Shown here in pieces: positions 23,439-38,300 of a DNA stretch of 64,000 nt. The stretch comes from Guillardia theta CCMP2712 (taxonomy: Eukaryota > Protista > Cryptophyta): contig NW_005434668.1 in the NCBI RefSeq assembly GCF_000315625.1, positions 366,938-430,937 on the forward strand. The letters are read 5' to 3'. The position numbers and the translations under genes were made by a program. The notes beneath the pieces were generated by a model. It ran no database searches. It was not told the DNA's origin and worked only from the letters and a program-made list of their open reading frames with translations. How positions within the stretch are numbered: the first letter of the stretch is position 1; every line of letters starts with the position of its first letter.

Positions 23439-23524
23439 CTAGCTGTTGGCTGGGTTGTGAGGAGCGTTGGATGCGCTTGCACGAGCGTTTTGACCTCATT
23501 TATCTTTAATTGTTATTCATTCTC

Positions 23525-26500
23525 TCAAACGAGCCTGACAAGGTCTTGTCCTCCCCAGCGATCGTGTTCTGAAGTTGCATCGTCTCCTTCAGATCCTGCT
23601 GTTACCGCGTCCCCCTCGCCTTCGTCTGCCACTTGCTGCTCCTGCGACGCCTCTGTGCTGTCACGCCCTCCTCGAGGTTGCTCAAGGGTAGGGCCGAGCT
23701 GCTTCGCCGCTGGGTCGTTTTCCCCTCCTTGCGATGGCGAGTAACACAGAGAGGAGAGAGCATTCATGACATCCAGGAACAGGTGCAAGTGAGTGTGTGG
23801 CGTCTCCTTTACAGCTTCCTGCAGCTGCTCCCACAGTCGACGGAGCTCGAGCTCGACGAATTGGTTCTCGTTCTGGCAGCACGTCAGGGATGAGGGAGGC
23901 AGGTCAAGGTCCGTCACCTTGATGAAGGAGATCTGCTTCTGTAGCTCGCAGTTGCGCCTGACCAAGTCGATCTTGGCCCTCAACAACTCGCTCTTCTCCT
24001 CGTAGAACGTCTTCTTCGCCTCCTTCTGCACTCGCAGCTCCTCCTGTGCCCTCGTGAGCCAACCGCCAGCCTCCCTCCACCTCACCTGTAGGCACTCAAG
24101 GCTTGCGTCCTGCACCTCCACCTTGCGCTCCAGCTCCTGGATCCGCACGTCGTAACCGCTCTGCCTCTGGTGGAGGGAAAAGTTCGTGTCAATCATCATC
24201 CTCGGCAACTCGGACTCACCATCTTCAGCTCCTCGACTTCTTCTCGGTGGCTGGACGCCTGCTGTTCGGTGGCGAGCAGATTTGTTTGCAAGGATTCTCC
24301 TATGCTCAAGCTGTGTTCCAGCTGCTGCTCTGCCAGTTCTCTCGCTGACTTCTCATCGTCCAGCAGCCTTTGAACTTCCACAAGTTGCGCAAACATCTCA
24401 GCTGAGGTTTGTTTGTAGTTCTCTGCTTCTTCTGTTGTGTCGATCCAAGCCTTTGTCATGTCGTCCCGGATCGACTTCCCCTCTAGAAGGAGGCAGAAAT
24501 ATTCAAACGTTCGCCATTTCTTCTGGTTTCTCTGATACGAAACTTGCTTTTCACAGAATTTTTGAGCCATACGGGAGTATCTTGCTTGAAGGTACCAAAT
24601 GATGAGCGTTGTTTGCAGGTAACAAGATTGGAAGTATGTTTGTTTCTCGGACACAGAAGTGTTGACAATTCTAGAACGAAGGCAGGAGAAGCGCAGATTG
24701 CTGAAATACTTGAATTTCAGTGAAGAAAGAGTGGTTTCGACGCCATGTTGTATTGCTCGCGATTTCAACGCCTGGATTCTTTGAAGCCTCTCTGCGAGCC
24801 TCTCCTCTTGTGCTTGCGAATGCGCAAGGGACGATTCGGCAGCCTCCAGTCGCTGCTGCAACTCTACATTCTCCCCCACTAGATACTCTACACTGCATGA
24901 AGTTGCTTCTTTGATCTTTCGGCTAACTTGTCGATCCGTCAAGATTGACATAAAGTTGGAGAAGCTTTCCGATAAGATCCTCGTGTTTGCTCGCTCGCTC
25001 AACGTCCGGCCCTTGATCCTCATGCTCCTGATTCTCCTCGTGCTCAATTTCAGCGCTTCCATAGTGTGTGTCTTGGCTCTTTTCAGTACAGTCCGTTCCA
25101 ATATGTCAAAGGTCGACTCAAGGTGTCCTCGGAATGAACTGTAATCTTCCAGTTTTCGCAAAGACCTTCGGACCTGACTGAGATAAGTTCCCTTGCTTAT
25201 TCGCTTCTCAATGTTTCGGAGGCTCCGCTGCCGCAGGACTTCAGCGAACCAATCTCTGTATGCTATGAGTGCCTTGCGCTTGAATCTCATTCTTGCTGCA
25301 AAAGGAATCACTGCAACCTCAAAATAGCATGCAAACTCACTCGATAGCTCAGCAAGACTCTGTTTGGTGGCTTCACAGTGCTGATTGGCCGTGGATATCT
25401 CCTCCAAAGCTAGGCTTGCCTTCAGAGAAGCCTTGTTGTTTGCCGCATCCACTGAATCCCTGCGAATGCATCAGATCAAGGCAGGCGGGAAAAGACGAAG
25501 TAAGTTGATACCTGGCCTTTTCTTGTTGGGTGACAACCCAAAACATTTTGAAAACAAATGCTTTCGTTGAGGTAAACTGAATGCTCTCAAGCTTGTCAAT
25601 CAATTTCCTGGAATAGCAAAGGAACTTGGAATGTGACTTCCAGTGTTTGAAAAACCCTGCTTTATAGTGCATGCTGTAATAAAACGACATCTTGTCCTTA
25701 ACGTGGTTGATTTGAGCCAATCTCCAAGTGAAGTGAAACCAAAAGATCAGATGTTGATGCAACGAGAAACGTTGTGACTTCTTGATCGCAAAGACTCTGG
25801 TCTTTTCTTGAATCTCAAGTGCTCGGTCATGCATTTCATTGAGAGAGTCGAAGGCAACGGATAGCCTCTCATACTCTTCTTGTTTCTGCATTATCACATC
25901 CTGATGCATCTGACGTTCGTGTTCCAGCTGTTCAAGGTGAGATTTGGACTTCATCACTAGGTCGTCCTCGAGAAGCCTTACTTGTTGCTTCAACACTTCA
26001 TTGGCCTCCACCATTTCATTCAATTCCGATTGCAGTCTGGTGGCCTCGTCCTCAGCTTCAGATTTCTTTGTGAGAGTGTCTTCCAGCTCTTTCTTGGTCT
26101 TATGATAGTTGTCCTCAAGCGCAGTTTTCTTCTTGTTGAGGATGGACAGAAACTCTTGGTGCAAGTCTTGGACCTCCTGTCTCAGCGCTGAGATCTTGCT
26201 GTTCGCCTGCCTCAACTTCTCATTCGAAGTTGAATTCAGACGTTCAAGTTTTTCATTGGTGGCGCGGAGATTTTTGCACTCTCGCTCACGGTCGAGGGAG
26301 AGTGAGACAAGGTCCGAGGCTTCGATTTGAACAACCTGCGAGAGCTTCTCGAAGTCTGCTGTGTCCACTATCTCAAAATCCAAGGGAGACAGTACGTTGA
26401 AGAATTTTGCGCGAGTAGATTGCAATGAGTTCGAGAGCAGGTACAAGCTGCTCAACACGGACGCATGTTTCTTTTCAAGCGTTTCTAACTCCCCTTTTAA

Positions 26501-29034
26501 CAAGGCTTGACTTTCATTGCTTGAGAGCAATCTCAATTCAAGATCCTTTCTGTTCTGTTCATATAACAGCTCTTTTTCGAATGCTACGCTGGTTAAATGT
26601 TTGTTCTCCATAGCAAAAGCCGCCAACTTCTCTTCCAAGTTTTGAATCATCAGCTCAGATTCAGCATTCTTGTCAGAAACCATCTGTATTTTGCTCCAGT
26701 CAACCGAATCATGTTGCTTGTGCTCTGTTTGTGCGTTTTCGGTATATGCTCTTTGAAGTTCCTGGTGCAAACGAGAGATCTCTTCATTCTTGGTAGCGAT
26801 CAATTGTGACATCTCTTGAATTTTGAGTTTTTGGATGCGGTTGTTCGCTTTCAATGATCCAAATTCGGGAATTGTAGCTGAGAGATAGTCCACAGACCCT
26901 TTCAATTCTCTTTCCTTGGACAAATAATCACTCTGAAGACGTTTATATGAAGAATCCAGACGTTCGATCCTCATCACATCATCATTGTGAAGATTAAGGA
27001 GGCGGTCTCTCTCGGCCTCGAGGCTAAGTACCTTTTGCTGCAAGACGTCGCTTGTTATAGTCATATTCGAACTGACTTTCCACTCCAGGAACGCCTCCGA
27101 GAGCTCTTCGATGGCACTTTCCAATTCAGATATCTTCTTCGAAGACAAAGCTAGAGATTTTTCTGCTTGAATCAGTTTCCACTTCGTGTTTTCATGAGCT
27201 TTTTTCTCATCCATCCACACACGATCTGGAATCGTAGATTGCTTGTTAGACGTGAGCTCATCAAATTTTTCTACCCTTCTGAGCTTATCAATTTCGAATT
27301 CCAGATCCTGCAAAGCCATTCCCTGCCTCAGGCTGAGACTATCGGTTTGGATGTCATTGTGAGTAAAGCCCTTCTTGATACTGCTCATCCCAAGTTTTAG
27401 CTGAGATACCTGCAGAAACCAAATTTATTTCCCTCACATGGATCGTTCGAGAAAGTGTAACCTTATCTTCAAGATCAGAAACAAGCTTGCTGTTGTAATT
27501 TGATTCAACATGTCCATTGCTATAAAAACCATATTCGAAGAGTGAAGTCTCAAGCTTCGCAATTTTCAATTGTTCGTTGGTAAGGGTTTCTGTTGTAGAG
27601 AGTCTCAGTTTCATTGGAACAGATTTTGAAAGCAAACCTGAAATTTTTACAAGCTGTCCTTCAAGATCCAAAATTTGAGACTTCAAGTGTTCGGTTTCAA
27701 ATTGATGGTCCCTTGCCGCATTGTCAAGTCTCATCTTCACGTCTATCAAACTATCATCACTGACACTTCTCCACCACGAGAATTCTTCGATCGTTTGATA
27801 TAGCACATCAATATCCTCAGGGCTGTATTGTTCTCTCACTGAAAGCCCTCTTTGCAAGATCCCTCTCAGACTTCCACTCTCGACGTTCAGTTCCTCACGA
27901 AGTCTTGCATTCTCTTGTTCTTTGCTCTTCAATTCCTCCATAAAAAGTCCTTCCTTTATCCTCATTTGCTCTATCGTGTCCCTGAGCAACTGCAAGAAAA
28001 CAGTTATTACTCATCTTTCGCCATTTCAAATAAACCATGTCTGTATTATGGTTCAATGACTTTTTTGCCTGCCTTGTCTCAAACAATTCCTCCTGAGATC
28101 TTTCATGAGGGAGGAGAAACAAGAGACACAAATTTACGTTCAATGTCAAGATGGTTTTCATCAAAACACTGATCTCGTTCTTCAAATCGTCGACGTGTTC
28201 TTTCTCTATGGGTTTTGTCAGTCCTAAAGATGGCTGAATTCTTCAAATGCCTGAATCAGAAGGATCAGAATTGCGCTGAGCCATCTTCAACCATTGATTC
28301 AAAATGAAGTTTTTGCTATTCTGTTCTGATTCAAGCATGCCTGGAAATGATGGGGCATTTCAGCGCAAGTCTCCTTTATGGCAGCCACCTTTTAAATAGG
28401 AGTTTCTTTGAATGAGGAGTTGATTCAGAGTTCGCTGAAAGTCTTCTCTTGTGCGTTGATCAACAGGATCACACCTGTGACAAGTGCATTAGGAAATACA
28501 AGGAAAGTATGCACTGCACCGTGCTTGGGCATGTGAGGAGACCCTCTCTTGAAGAATTACACAACGTTCCTTGTATTTGTTGGCAATAGCACAGATATTT
28601 CTTGTGATCTTAGTCTGATATTGCCACCATGCCTCAATGTCCTGTGTGGTATGCTCATCAGTTCATGCGGATTAAGGTTTGGTACTGGTAAGACCTCCCC
28701 GATCCCAGCGCCTTGCGGATGGTGGTTATCACTAGATGAGAGCTGAACCACTGGAGAAAAGCAGAATATGTGCAAAGACCTCAGGTTAGAAAGCAGCATA
28801 TACTAGAGCCTGCACGTACTCCTTTCTTCGGATAGATCACTGATAAAGAGAGTTTCCTGAATGTCGTGGCTGCAAACAAAGTCAGGATTACGCTTCACAG
28901 TTCATGATGAGATACATTTCCCGTTCTTTCCTGTCCAGCATCAACTTCAGTCTTCTGTTTTCGCTCTTCAGCATCATAATCGCCGCTCCATCTCCCTCCC
29001 GGATATCCTCCTTCATCTCCTCTTCATCCGCCAT
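23525..29034 (-). CDS. large multi-exon coiled-coil protein with degenerate Sfi1-like (W/F-spaced) segments
   Basis: Chained ORFs from MADEEEMKE (ATG 29034) through 27354-27995, 25373-27388, 24196-25452 and 23525-24208, joined by short GT-AG introns. Heptad-rich, with segments such as LIFWFHFT, FFKHWKSH and TLIIWYLQ. Confidence 0.7.
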
Positions 29035-29305
29035 TCTCGATGCCGAAATAGGCTCTCCGCCCCGACCAACTACCCACCCTGTTCTCATTTCTACTACCCC
29101 CTTGTTTTACTTCTCGACTACCCCCCTTTTGTACCTTAACCAAGCACACCCTTGCCCTCTCTTTTATACACCCCATGACCTCCCTCACCCCGTCAAACCC
29201 TGCGTGGTCACCCACCCCTTCCTGTTCGCCTAAAAACCCTGGGTGGCCTCCCCACCCCACCCCCTATACTGGTAGGTACAGCGCTTGTAACTTCCGAGCG
29301 GATCG

Positions 29306-32300
29306 ATGGCTTCGATCCGCAAGCGCGATGGTGGCAGCATGTGGCAAGAGAGCTTGCTCGACCGCAATGCTGAGGTGAAGACGCCGGCAGAAAGTTGCGA
29401 TGCAGGTAAAAGTCTTGTAGTTCACGCCGAGTCTTGAGGAGGGTTGATCCCTTTTGACAGTGGGCGTGGGGATATCGCTATCGCGCCAGAGCTCTTGGTT
29501 GGATTGTTATCCTCAGATCTCTCGAGTGTTTTCAGGAGGGTCAGCACAGATGGATGGAAGAATCAGGCAAGGAGATTGGCTGATCAGAGTCGATGGACGC
29601 GATGTGAAATACCTGCCGCTTAACCACATCAAAGAAGCAATCCTAGGGAGAAGTGGGACCAGCGTGCAACTGGAGCTGGAGAGCGATGGAACCAAGTTTA
29701 TTGTTCAACTTACAAGGCGACAAAACAATGATCGGACAGAACACAAACTGAATGTATCTTACTTGGTTTGATGGTGGCATTCTCCTTGACCACATTCTCA
29801 GGAACAAAACGACATGCTTAATACAAGGGAGGACAACGAGAAATTGAAAGCAAGTCTCCTCAAAATTGAAAATGAGAATTTGACATTGGCAAAACGATTG
29901 GAGGCAAAAACGATGTATGCGATATCATGAGATTGACATGCTTTCAGGAAGCCACACATATGAACGACTTGTTTGAGGTGGAAAAGAAGCAACTCAAATT
30001 TACTCAAGATGAATTACAAGGATCTCTGAAGAACTTACTCGAGAAGAATATCCGATTAGAATCTGAATGTAAGGATGTCAAAGAACGTTTAGCAGCACTT
30101 CAATTTGAAAACACGGTGAGACAGTGGACGATTGTTGGTTTGATATCTAATGACAACTTCAAAAACCAAGGCTCTGGACAATCAAAATGAAGAATCACAG
30201 CAAGAACTCATTGTTGCAAGACAGAAATTGATTCATTCCAATATGGTGAGATCATTTTTGGATCTTGTTCGTTCTAATGTGTGAAAATATTAGCAACTGG
30301 AAGCTGTCAACAATGCGTTGGCAACAGCAGAATCAGAGAAAAAGAAGCTTGAAGAGGAAATACAGACTGTGCAGACTCGTTGCATGGATTTGGAAAGACA
30401 ATTGGAAGGCTACCGGCAAGCCAATGAAAGAAATGAAAGTTTGGTAGGATGCGCGCTTCTCCTGCTGGTTCTTACTGTTGCTCCAGTTTGATTCAACCCA
30501 GAAACATCACAATCTAGAAATGCAGGAGATGGAGAATGAAGTGAAAAGATGTCGAGATGAAGTTCAATCCTTCCAAGCAGAAAGGGCTTCGATGCTGGAT
30601 GAACGATCAGAGCTACGTAAGAGTATTGTTGCATTGGAGCAGGCCTTTCTGGTACCTCATCTGAATTCCATGTGTTTGATTCTTTAACGCATTTCAGGTT
30701 AATGAGCCTTCACATGTTTTCAAACGTTCGAATGAGTCAATTAAGCTTGTTGATCGGTTGAATCATTTCGTAGAGAATCTTCATCAGAGATATGAACGTG
30801 AAATGTCGCGTCAGGAAAAGGAGAAGAATGAGCGGGTCAATCATTTAGAAAAAGAGAACGTTGAATTCAGACTGATATTCGAAACATTTAAAGCTCGACT
30901 TGAAGAAGAAGTTCAAGAAATATTTGAGTGCAGAGACAAAATTATTCCATCAATATCCATGGAAATGCAATCGGATATTGAGGATCTCCTTCTACAAAAT
31001 TCACGTTTACTGGATCGAGTCGGAAGTTTGGAAGCATACACAAAACAGACTAGTGCGCTGACAGCTACACTTCAGGAACTTGTACATGAAATTTCTGACT
31101 GTACCAATACATTTGAAAAATCCTTACACGAAATTCAATTTTCTTTTGAGAAAATCGATAAATTCTTACAAAACTTCTACTGTTGTCAAAAGGAGTGTCA
31201 AAATCTCAAAAAGGAGAAATTATCACAACAAGAATACATCAATCAACTCAAAATATTGATTGAAATTCATAAAGATGAGAACGAGCAACAAAAAGGAGAA
31301 TTGCAGAATTTGTTCAGTATGTATGCGGACGTTCTACAAAGATATCAGAAAGTTGAAGATGACCACAATTCCTTACAGTCGGTTTTGATGGTTGCACGAA
31401 AGAAAGCAAATGAAAACTTGAGCGATCTGCTCGATGTCAGATTGATCTCACAGGATCTTGCAGAATTTCAATCCATGACTGAAGAAACTATTCAAAGACT
31501 TGCAGATAAGAACACAAAATTTCATGTTTTTATCAAGGAAACGAAAGACTGTGAGGATTCAATGAATGTCATGTTCACAACGCTTGAAAATCTCATAATT
31601 ACAGTCGAAACAAAACTTGCAGACTGTCTAGAGGGGACAGAACAGTTGTTTCTCAGGAGAAATTCGTTTGAGCACCAGGTCAACACATTGAACGATAGGG
31701 TACTGAGTCTACAGACAGCGAATGAGATTCAGACCATTGAGAATGCTGTCAATGTGGAAAAACTCCAAGACTTCAATTCAACAATTCTTCAATTACAAGA
31801 AAACTTGATGCAAGAGCAAGGTGCTGTAGAGCAGTTAACGTCAGAATGCAACGATTTGAGAATATTTTACCAAGAAGCGGAGCTGAAGGCATCCAAACTC
31901 AATGCTGACAATCAAAATCTGTTGCAAGAGAGGGAAGCCATGACATTGGCCGTATCTAGTTTAACCATGACGATGAATGAATTCAGATTGCAGTCATCAA
32001 TGTATGAAAGCTACATTGATCATCTCTTCAAGGTGACGTGTGCCCTTGAATCGCAAACAGATCTTTTTGGCAGTAACTTCGTCTCACTTTGGAAGTCAAA
32101 GTGTGAGAATGATAACAGGTTAAAAATGCTTGAGTCTGAGATAGACTCTTCAATGATGAAGCTTCACGCTACTGAGGATCAGCAACAAGCAGCAGAATTG
32201 GCGATTCAGCATCAAAATGAAATCTTGTTTTCGCTACAGGAAAAATACCAAGAACTCGAAAATCGACATACTCAGATTTTGAAGGAGCTTGAGAGTGAAA

Positions 32301-35300
32301 GGAACAAATCTGAAAGAATGAAAGAGAAACTCCAAGTGTCACAAGAAAAAATGACAAAAGATGCCAAGGAGATATCAACTTTACAAGCTCTTGAGACTGC
32401 ACTCAAAGACAGGGTTCGAATGTTAGAATCATCAGCAACAGAGTTAAAGCGAACCAGGCAAGAGATTCGGTCTTCGCATATCAGGCTCGGAGCATATGAG
32501 GAATCAATAACAATCTCACAAGACGAGATGAGCTACTTGAGATCTTGCAACCAGAACCTTACTGACGGTCTGCAACGAATCTCGCGAGAAAATCAAGAAT
32601 TGAAGGCTGAGAACTCTGAATTGCAAAAACACTACAGAGAACTGTTCACAGCTGCTGATGAGCTGCAAAGTTGGATGCAGATCATAGACAAGAAACAATC
32701 GAGCGCGACGCTGACAAAGTATGCAATGGAGCGAAGTATCCTCGAAAAAGATCTCCTGAGAATGACCCACGAACTGAGAGATTTAACAGTCTCAGACCTC
32801 CGACACGGCGATTTGAAACTGACCAGAGAAGCTGCTCATTCGTCTTATTATGAGTCCAATGTGAGCGCAGTTGAATCGATTCAGGAAGCAGCAGAAAGAA
32901 TCAAGAGCTACGATAGCCGTCTACAGGAAAATAGCGAGACGATAAGAATGCTGGAAGGCCAAAACAGTCAACTCAACCTTCATCTAAACGCTACTTTAGA
33001 TGAAATGAACAATATTGGAAGAATGAATGAATCAATCGTCACTGGAATTGAACAATCTTTGCAACAGTCGAGACTATTTTGCAACTGTAAACTGATCAAA
33101 TTTGAAGAAACGAAATCAATTCTCTTCTATCTGAGCTCTCAATTGAACTCTATTGCAGCACAGGTGGGAGAGTTTTACCATCGACTGAGAGAGCTCTTGG
33201 AGATAAACGAGTCTACGAATCAAGAGATGGAAGGAAGAATCAAGAGTGTAGAGCATGAGCTGTCGACAGAGCGATCAGAATGTCAGGCGCTGAAGCTCAA
33301 GGTACAGGCGCTTGCAGACGAGCTATCACATCTTGCCGACGGCCAGGGAGCTGCTGTCCTTGAGCTCGAGACAACGATGGTAAACTTGCACAGCTCGGCT
33401 CGCAATACTGCACTCGAAATGGAAGGAAGAATCAAGGGTGTAGAGCATGAGCTGTCGACAGAGCGATCAGAATGTCAGGCGCTGAAGCTCAAGGTACAGG
33501 CGCTTGAAGACGAGCTATCACATCTTGCCGACGGCCAGGGAGCTGCTGTCCTTGAGCTCGAGACAACGATGGTAAACTTGCACAGCTCGGCTCGCAATAC
33601 TGCACTCGAAATGGAAGGAAGAATCAAGGGTGTAGAGCATGAGCTGTCGACAGAGCGATCAGAATGTCAGGCGCTGAAGCTCAAGGTACAGGCGCTTGCA
33701 GACGAGCTATCACATCTTGCCGACGGCCAGGGAGCTGCTGTCCTTGGGCTCGAGACAACGATGGTAAACTTGCACAGCTCGGCTCGCAATACTGCACTCG
33801 AAATGGAAGGAAGAATCAAGGGTGTAGAGCATGAGCTGTCGACAGAGCGATCAGAATGTCAGGCGCTGAAGCTCAAGGTACAGGCGCTTGAAGACGAGCT
33901 ATCACATCTTGCCGACGGCCAGGGAGCTGCTGTCCTTGGGCTCGAGACAACGCTCACACGTGCGTGCCTTTTAGTGAATGAAGCCCTGGGGAACTTGGCG
34001 GATGACAAGGAAAATCGTGAAGTGATGGGGAAGTCCTTCAAGACGCTCAGCGCTGAGATCCAAGCACGAGATGACGTCATTCGGGAGCTCCAAGACAAGA
34101 ACTCAAGTCTTGACAATGAAGTAAAACGACTGCGATCCCTAGCACCCAGCAGGGAAATCGTTGAGGATCCGATTCCAATGAGCAGGCCCTTGGAGACAGA
34201 GCCGAGCAAGAAGATCGAACAGATGATTCTTCAGATTCACTGGATGCTACAAAATGAGGAAGACACTGATTATTATCAAGGATTCCAGGACATGGATACT
34301 GTAGAAATTCTCGGAAATATCCTCCATTGGCTTGAAATGACTTTTTTGGGAAAGAGACAAGATATAAGACTGGGGAGTGAGTTTGGCAGTGAGGTGAATG
34401 TTGCTCTTTGCAAGATTGAGCTACAGCTCTATAACATCGAACAAAGTCTTCACCTAAATCGAGATCAACTAGAATCGATGTTGCTCTATTGGACTCAACG
34501 ACTTCACTTTGCCAAGTCTTCAAGTGACAAGAAGTACAACCTCTCTTGTTTGTTGACTGACTGCTTTGTCAACATGGCAACCATTTCGAAAGGAAATCAT
34601 GTTGATGAGCAGTATGCTTCTCAGGAATTTACCACCGCAAGCAATGTTTTGTCCACATCCATTGATTTACTAGAATCATCCTTGCAGAAAATCGCAGCAC
34701 ACTGGTACAAAGTGAACGAGCCTGCTCCTCGAAGCAAAGCAGTTGCTCTATCCATCAGCCACCATCAGAATTCGAATGAACATTCTCATGCTGAGGATAT
34801 TGGGTATGCAATGATACAAAAGTACGAAGACTTGATCCAGTCTTGTGACAAGCGAGTGGCACAGATAGACAGTGTCCTGGCGCCCTGCCTAGAGATTCTT
34901 GACCGAAATGACGACAGCTTGAAGACATTTGAGTTGCATCTGAATCAATGCCAGCAGCTTTGCAAAACCTTAGATCAAACGATTACCTCGACCAATTCAA
35001 TTTGCACTTCAGACATTCTTGAGTTGTCAAGAGGATACAACAAGCTTGAAGTCTTGGTTTCAGGCTTGACAGATGTCATCCCAGAGATTGAGCGTGAAGT
35101 TGCAAGGGAGAGGAAGACAATAGATTCCTTTCGTCAGCAGACAGTTTACCTCCCTCAGTTGCAGAAGACCAACGAACGCCTTGAACAGGCAGTAGCTGAT
35201 TATCAGATCGCCGAGGAACTGCTTGGAATGAAAATCTTCACATTGGAAAAGAAGGCAGCAGATGATAACAAGGAGATAGAATACCTCAGAAGCATCATCT

Positions 35301-38300
35301 TGGAAATGAATCAACGATTGCGTATTGTAGAGGAGGAGTCGAAGCAGGCGTTGCTGAACGAAAGGTGCATCGCATCAAGGATTCAACAAGAGATATGCGA
35401 GGGGCTGAGGGCGATGTCAAGTGAGATGAAGTCAATCTTGAAAGAGATGTTCTCACAGAAGAGTGCTTGTGGTGACTTGTTCGAGGACTATCATGTATAC
35501 GTAGAAAAGTTCTTTGAGTCAGCCACCAAAATACAACTTCTTTCAGCTACTCTGGAGGAAATGAAATCGTACTACTCTGCCCTGTCGCAGAAACATCACG
35601 ATTTGCAGGAAATCGCTTCTCAACGGCAGGCAATGTGTGACGGTGAGGCGCAAACGCCTTTGGAATTCTCGGACGAGGAATTCTTTGAGAGGCTGCAAGA
35701 CTTTGATGCCTCTTGTACTCGCGCTCTGACAGAGATTGAATGGAGCTTGAATGAGATGAAGTTGAAATCCACTCATCTTGAAGCTCCCGTTGAGAATGAT
35801 GAGAACGATGTGTCCTACAGCCTGATCGAAACAGAGTTGATCAGCAAAGAGCGGATAATAGAGGGCATGCATGAGCAATTGCAATCTCTGCACGGCAGCT
35901 GTATGGTGCTCGCGAATGAAAGAGGAATTCTCGAAGAGAAGTTGAAACTACTGGAGGATGAGAATGAAGCGTTGCTTGGAGAAATCAAAATCTTGACCCG
36001 CGGCCAAGAGTATTTCAGACATGATCTGTCGATGTCAGCGGAAAAGCTCCAACAACGCGAACAGGAGATTCATTTGATTCAAGACTTGGAACGTGACATT
36101 GCTGTGCTGCAAGACATGGTAGAGGGATCAGTGAGCCGGATCGATTCAGACGTTGACATGGCCTTGCGACTAGTACGAGCGAATGCTCGAGAGCAGAATG
36201 GTTTGATACAATCCTGCACATCCAAACTGGAGAACGTGAAAGACAGAATGAGGTGGAGCGAGAAGGAGCTACACGCTCAGCACGAGCAAGTTCGATGCTT
36301 CATCCATGAATTGTTGGACGTAATGGAGACAGTCTCTGACGTTTGCCATGAAAGCGAAACTTACTTGGTTACACTCGAACAGTTGAAGAACTCCCGCTCG
36401 CAGGCATCGAACTTAGCGGAAACTGTTTCACTGCTTCAATCAGATGCGTTAGCAAAAGAAAAATACATCAACCATCTTGAGCAACAGATCCAGATCTTGC
36501 ATCAATCTGTGATTGATCAGAAGGTGGATACTGACGTTGCACACCAGCATTTCGAATCAAAGCAGACCGAGATCGAAGTCTTGCGCGATGATTGCCGACA
36601 GCAACGTGAAACCGTGATTCAGCTGCGGCTGGAGAAGGAGGCTGCCATTGCCATGCTGCTCGAGACGCATAGCGCGATCCTCGACTTCGACTTTCCTCTG
36701 AACGCCCTTGAGACCTGCATGCAGACCCTCGCGCCCTCTGCGTCTGACTGCAAACTTAACTCATGGCCACAGCAAGCAAACGAGAGGTACCGACAGCTCG
36801 TCGCTTGTCTTGCCCAGGAGCTCGACCAAACCTCTGACGGCCTGGAGCTTGTCTTCAGACACGTTGAGAATACTTTGATGGAGCTTCAGCGTGAACAGTC
36901 AAGATCTTTGACGCTCTCTGAATGTGTTCGAGAGCTGGAGGCTGCCTTGCAGGAGAAAGGCGATGTGATTGATATGCAGGCTAAGGAGATTGACAAGTTG
37001 AACAGTAAGAATGAGATGATCCTCAAAGAAATTGCGGGCTTGAGATCACAGCTTCAAGACAATGACAACAATTACAACCAGAACTTTGCGAATATGAAGA
37101 CCCAGATTTACAAGTATGAAGCCATGCATTTGGACGACGTTCAAAAGCTGAATCATAGTATTGAAAGGATCAACATCCTACAAGAGAAGTTGGCATTTGT
37201 AAGCAGAGAATCTGAGAGCAAGGCTACGAATGTCAGGAACATGGACTCTGTGCTTGCCTCCAAGGCGAGGTCCTTCCTCGATCAGCTTCAAGTGCTTGAA
37301 CGAACATTGATCAAGGCACAAGGAAGTGTCAAGGTCATGGTTGACTCTGAGCTGCAGTCGGGCATCGTGCTGGAGGCTCTCTGCAAGGCATCATCGGATG
37401 TCGATCATGTCACAACGTCATGCCAAGAGCGCGTGGAGGAGATGCTGGTGATATGCCTCCATGACCCGCAAAGCTTCTACGACTCAATGGATGAAATCCT
37501 CGTGCGGCTTGACGGCTGCCTGTCCAAGGCAGTTGCTGAGGCTCACGCGAGGAGCTCGACAGACCTCGCACGGGTCAAGACCTTGGAAGCTCTACTGTCA
37601 AGCAGCGAGCAGGAGCTGCGAGATCTGCACCTGCGGCACGAGGAGGCGCGGCTGTTCATGGCCAACGTGCAGCAAGATGTCCGGGAGGCGGAGGAGAGCA
37701 GAATCAAGAAGGACCACCTGATACGGATCCTCGAGGCCGAGTTGTGCTCTCTCCAGTCCGAGCTTGAGAGCACGTGCAAGGAGCGAGACTCGCTGCTGCA
37801 GCTGAAGGAGCAGCTGCAGGGCCAGCTGACTGACAAGGATAGGGAGACCGAGGCGACAAGTGCAGCGCTGGAAGAAGAGAAGAGGGTTAGAGTCACGCTT
37901 GAGGAGTACTGTCGAGCCTTCACTCTCACTGGGGATCAGCTGACTAGGCTCGAAGGCTCCTCAGCAGCCGTCCAACAAGTAGTGGAGCAACTTCTGCAGG
38001 GAGCCTCGAGGGCCCGCGAGCAGCAGGAGGAGCTCGTCAAGGCGCGGCTCCAGCTCTCCTCCAAGACGCAGGTCGTCACCCTCATGGAGCTCGAGCTTAG
38101 TTCTCAGCTCACACGGCTCGACCAACAGCAGGAGGTCATCAGGCACCTTGAGAGTCAGGACAGGCTGCACAGAGTTCAGCTAGAGAGCAGCTGGCGCGAG
38201 GCAATGGAGGTCGGCAGGAGGCTCGAGGCGGCGGAGGAGATGCTGGTGCCTCTGCTCAAGTCTCTGCTGGACGGGATCGCTCGAACAACGTCATCATGCT

